From NCBI RefSeq assembly GCF_963921235.1, contig NC_086097.1, positions 29,576,001 to 29,640,000 on the forward strand: a DNA stretch of 64,000 nucleotides. The letters run 5' to 3'. Positions 63,092 to 64,000 of the stretch are shown piece after piece. Each line of letters starts with the position of its first letter. Within the stretch, counting starts at the first letter, position 1. The translations under genes were made by a program, and so were the position numbers. The notes beneath the pieces were generated by a model. It was not told the DNA's origin and did no database searches. It saw only the letters and a program-made list of their open reading frames with translations. Source of the DNA: Mobula hypostoma (Eukaryota).

Positions 63092-63940
63092 TGCAACACA
63101 CATCAAAGTTGCTGGTGAACGCAGCAGGCCAGGCAGCATCTATAGGAAGAGGCGCAGTCGACGTTTCAGGCCGAGACCCTTCGTCAGGACTAACTGAAGG
63201 AAGAGTGAGTAAGGGATTTGAAAGCTGGAGGGGGAGGGGGAGATGCAAAATGATAGGAGAAGACAGGAGGGGGAGGGATGGAGCCGAGAGCTGGACAGGT
63301 GATAGGCAAAAGGGGATACGAGAGGATCATGGGACAGGAGGCCTAGGGAGAAAGACGGGGGGGGGGGTGACCCAGAGGATGGGCAAGAGGTATATTCAGA
63401 GGGACAGAGGGAGAAAAAGGAGAGTGAGAGAAAGAATGTGTGCATAAAAATGAGTAACAGCTGGGGTACGAGGGGGAGGTGGGGCCTAGCGGAAGTTAGA
63501 GAAGTCAATGTTCATGCCATCAGGTTGGAGGCTACCCAGACGGAATATAAGGTGTTGTTCCTCCAACCTGAGTGTGGCTTCATCTTTACAGTAGAGGAGG
63601 CCGTGGATAGACATGTCAGAATGGGAATGGGATGTGGAATTAAAATGTGTGGCCACTGGGAGATCCTGTTTTCTCTGGCGGACAGAGCGTAGATGTTCAA
63701 CAAAGCGGTCTCCCAGTCTGCGTCGGGTCTCACCAATATATAAAAGGCCACATCGGGAGCACCGGACGCAGTATATCATCCCAGTCGACTCACAGGTGAA
63801 GTGATGCCTCACCTGGAAGGACTGTTTGGGGCCCTGAATGGTGGTAAGGGAGGAAGTGTAAGGGCATGTGTAGCACTTGTTCCGCTTACACGGATAAGTG
63901 CCAGGAGGGAGATCAGTGGGGAGGGATGGGGGGGACTCTG
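63092..63940 (-). mobile_element. Penelope-like retroelement, 5'-truncated: uninterrupted GIY-YIG endonuclease frame plus 3' terminal repeat
   Basis: ORF 63486-63953: CKRNKCYTC..MIYCVRCSRCGLLYIGETRRRLGDRFVEH..VATHFN..RLEEQHLIFRLGSLQPDGMN. Confidence 0.93.
63155..63192 (-). ncRNA. Minimal type I hammerhead ribozyme motif
   Basis: Minus strand UAGUC CUGACGA AGG-GUCUCGG-CCU GAAA C GUC^ GACUG: complete core, stem I of 5 bp (one G-U), stem II of 3 bp, palindromic ACGU stem III. Confidence 0.75.
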
Positions 63941-64000
63941 CTGTCCGAAGCAAATCCAGAAGTTCGACCCTTCACCTTGAAGAAAATACCACCATCTAAT

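Noticed and set aside
38900..64000. 3' exons of SYNE3 (expected neighbour from mammalian synteny)
   Set aside because: No KASH-type C-terminus (PPPT-stop) or spectrin-repeat exon recognised. The proline run near 50960 does not fit. A tBLASTn search would be decisive.

Overview
Vertebrate genomic DNA, most likely a cartilaginous fish (ray/shark), inferred from the repeat landscape of CR1/HER1-like LINEs, HE1-like V-SINEs, Rex1/Babar LINEs and Penelope-like elements. The only host coding sequence I can support is the first coding exon of calmin (CLMN) on the minus strand (38678-38597, MAATDWDWFQREELIGQISDLRVQNLQ, donor GTGAGT), inside a CpG-rich promoter. Positions 1-38596 are therefore probably intron 1 (no exon 2 found by eye), and 38.9-64 kb is upstream/intergenic. 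The rest is mostly decayed, often nested transposons. Highlights: (1) a Penelope GIY-YIG element whose 3' terminal repeat carries an apparently intact minimal type I hammerhead ribozyme, with about ten degenerate dispersed derivatives; (2) a complete 1063-bp non-autonomous Helitron retaining three 23-aa STPR-like repeats; (3) a speculative HDV-like ribozyme fold in an RTE-like insert; (4) two independent minisatellites born from the same Rex1 3' segment; (5) a SINE head with five tandem B-boxes; (6) foldback MITEs, a solo LTR with TSD, and a triple-nested insertion. All calls were made by eye without database searches. Boundaries of old repeats are approximate.
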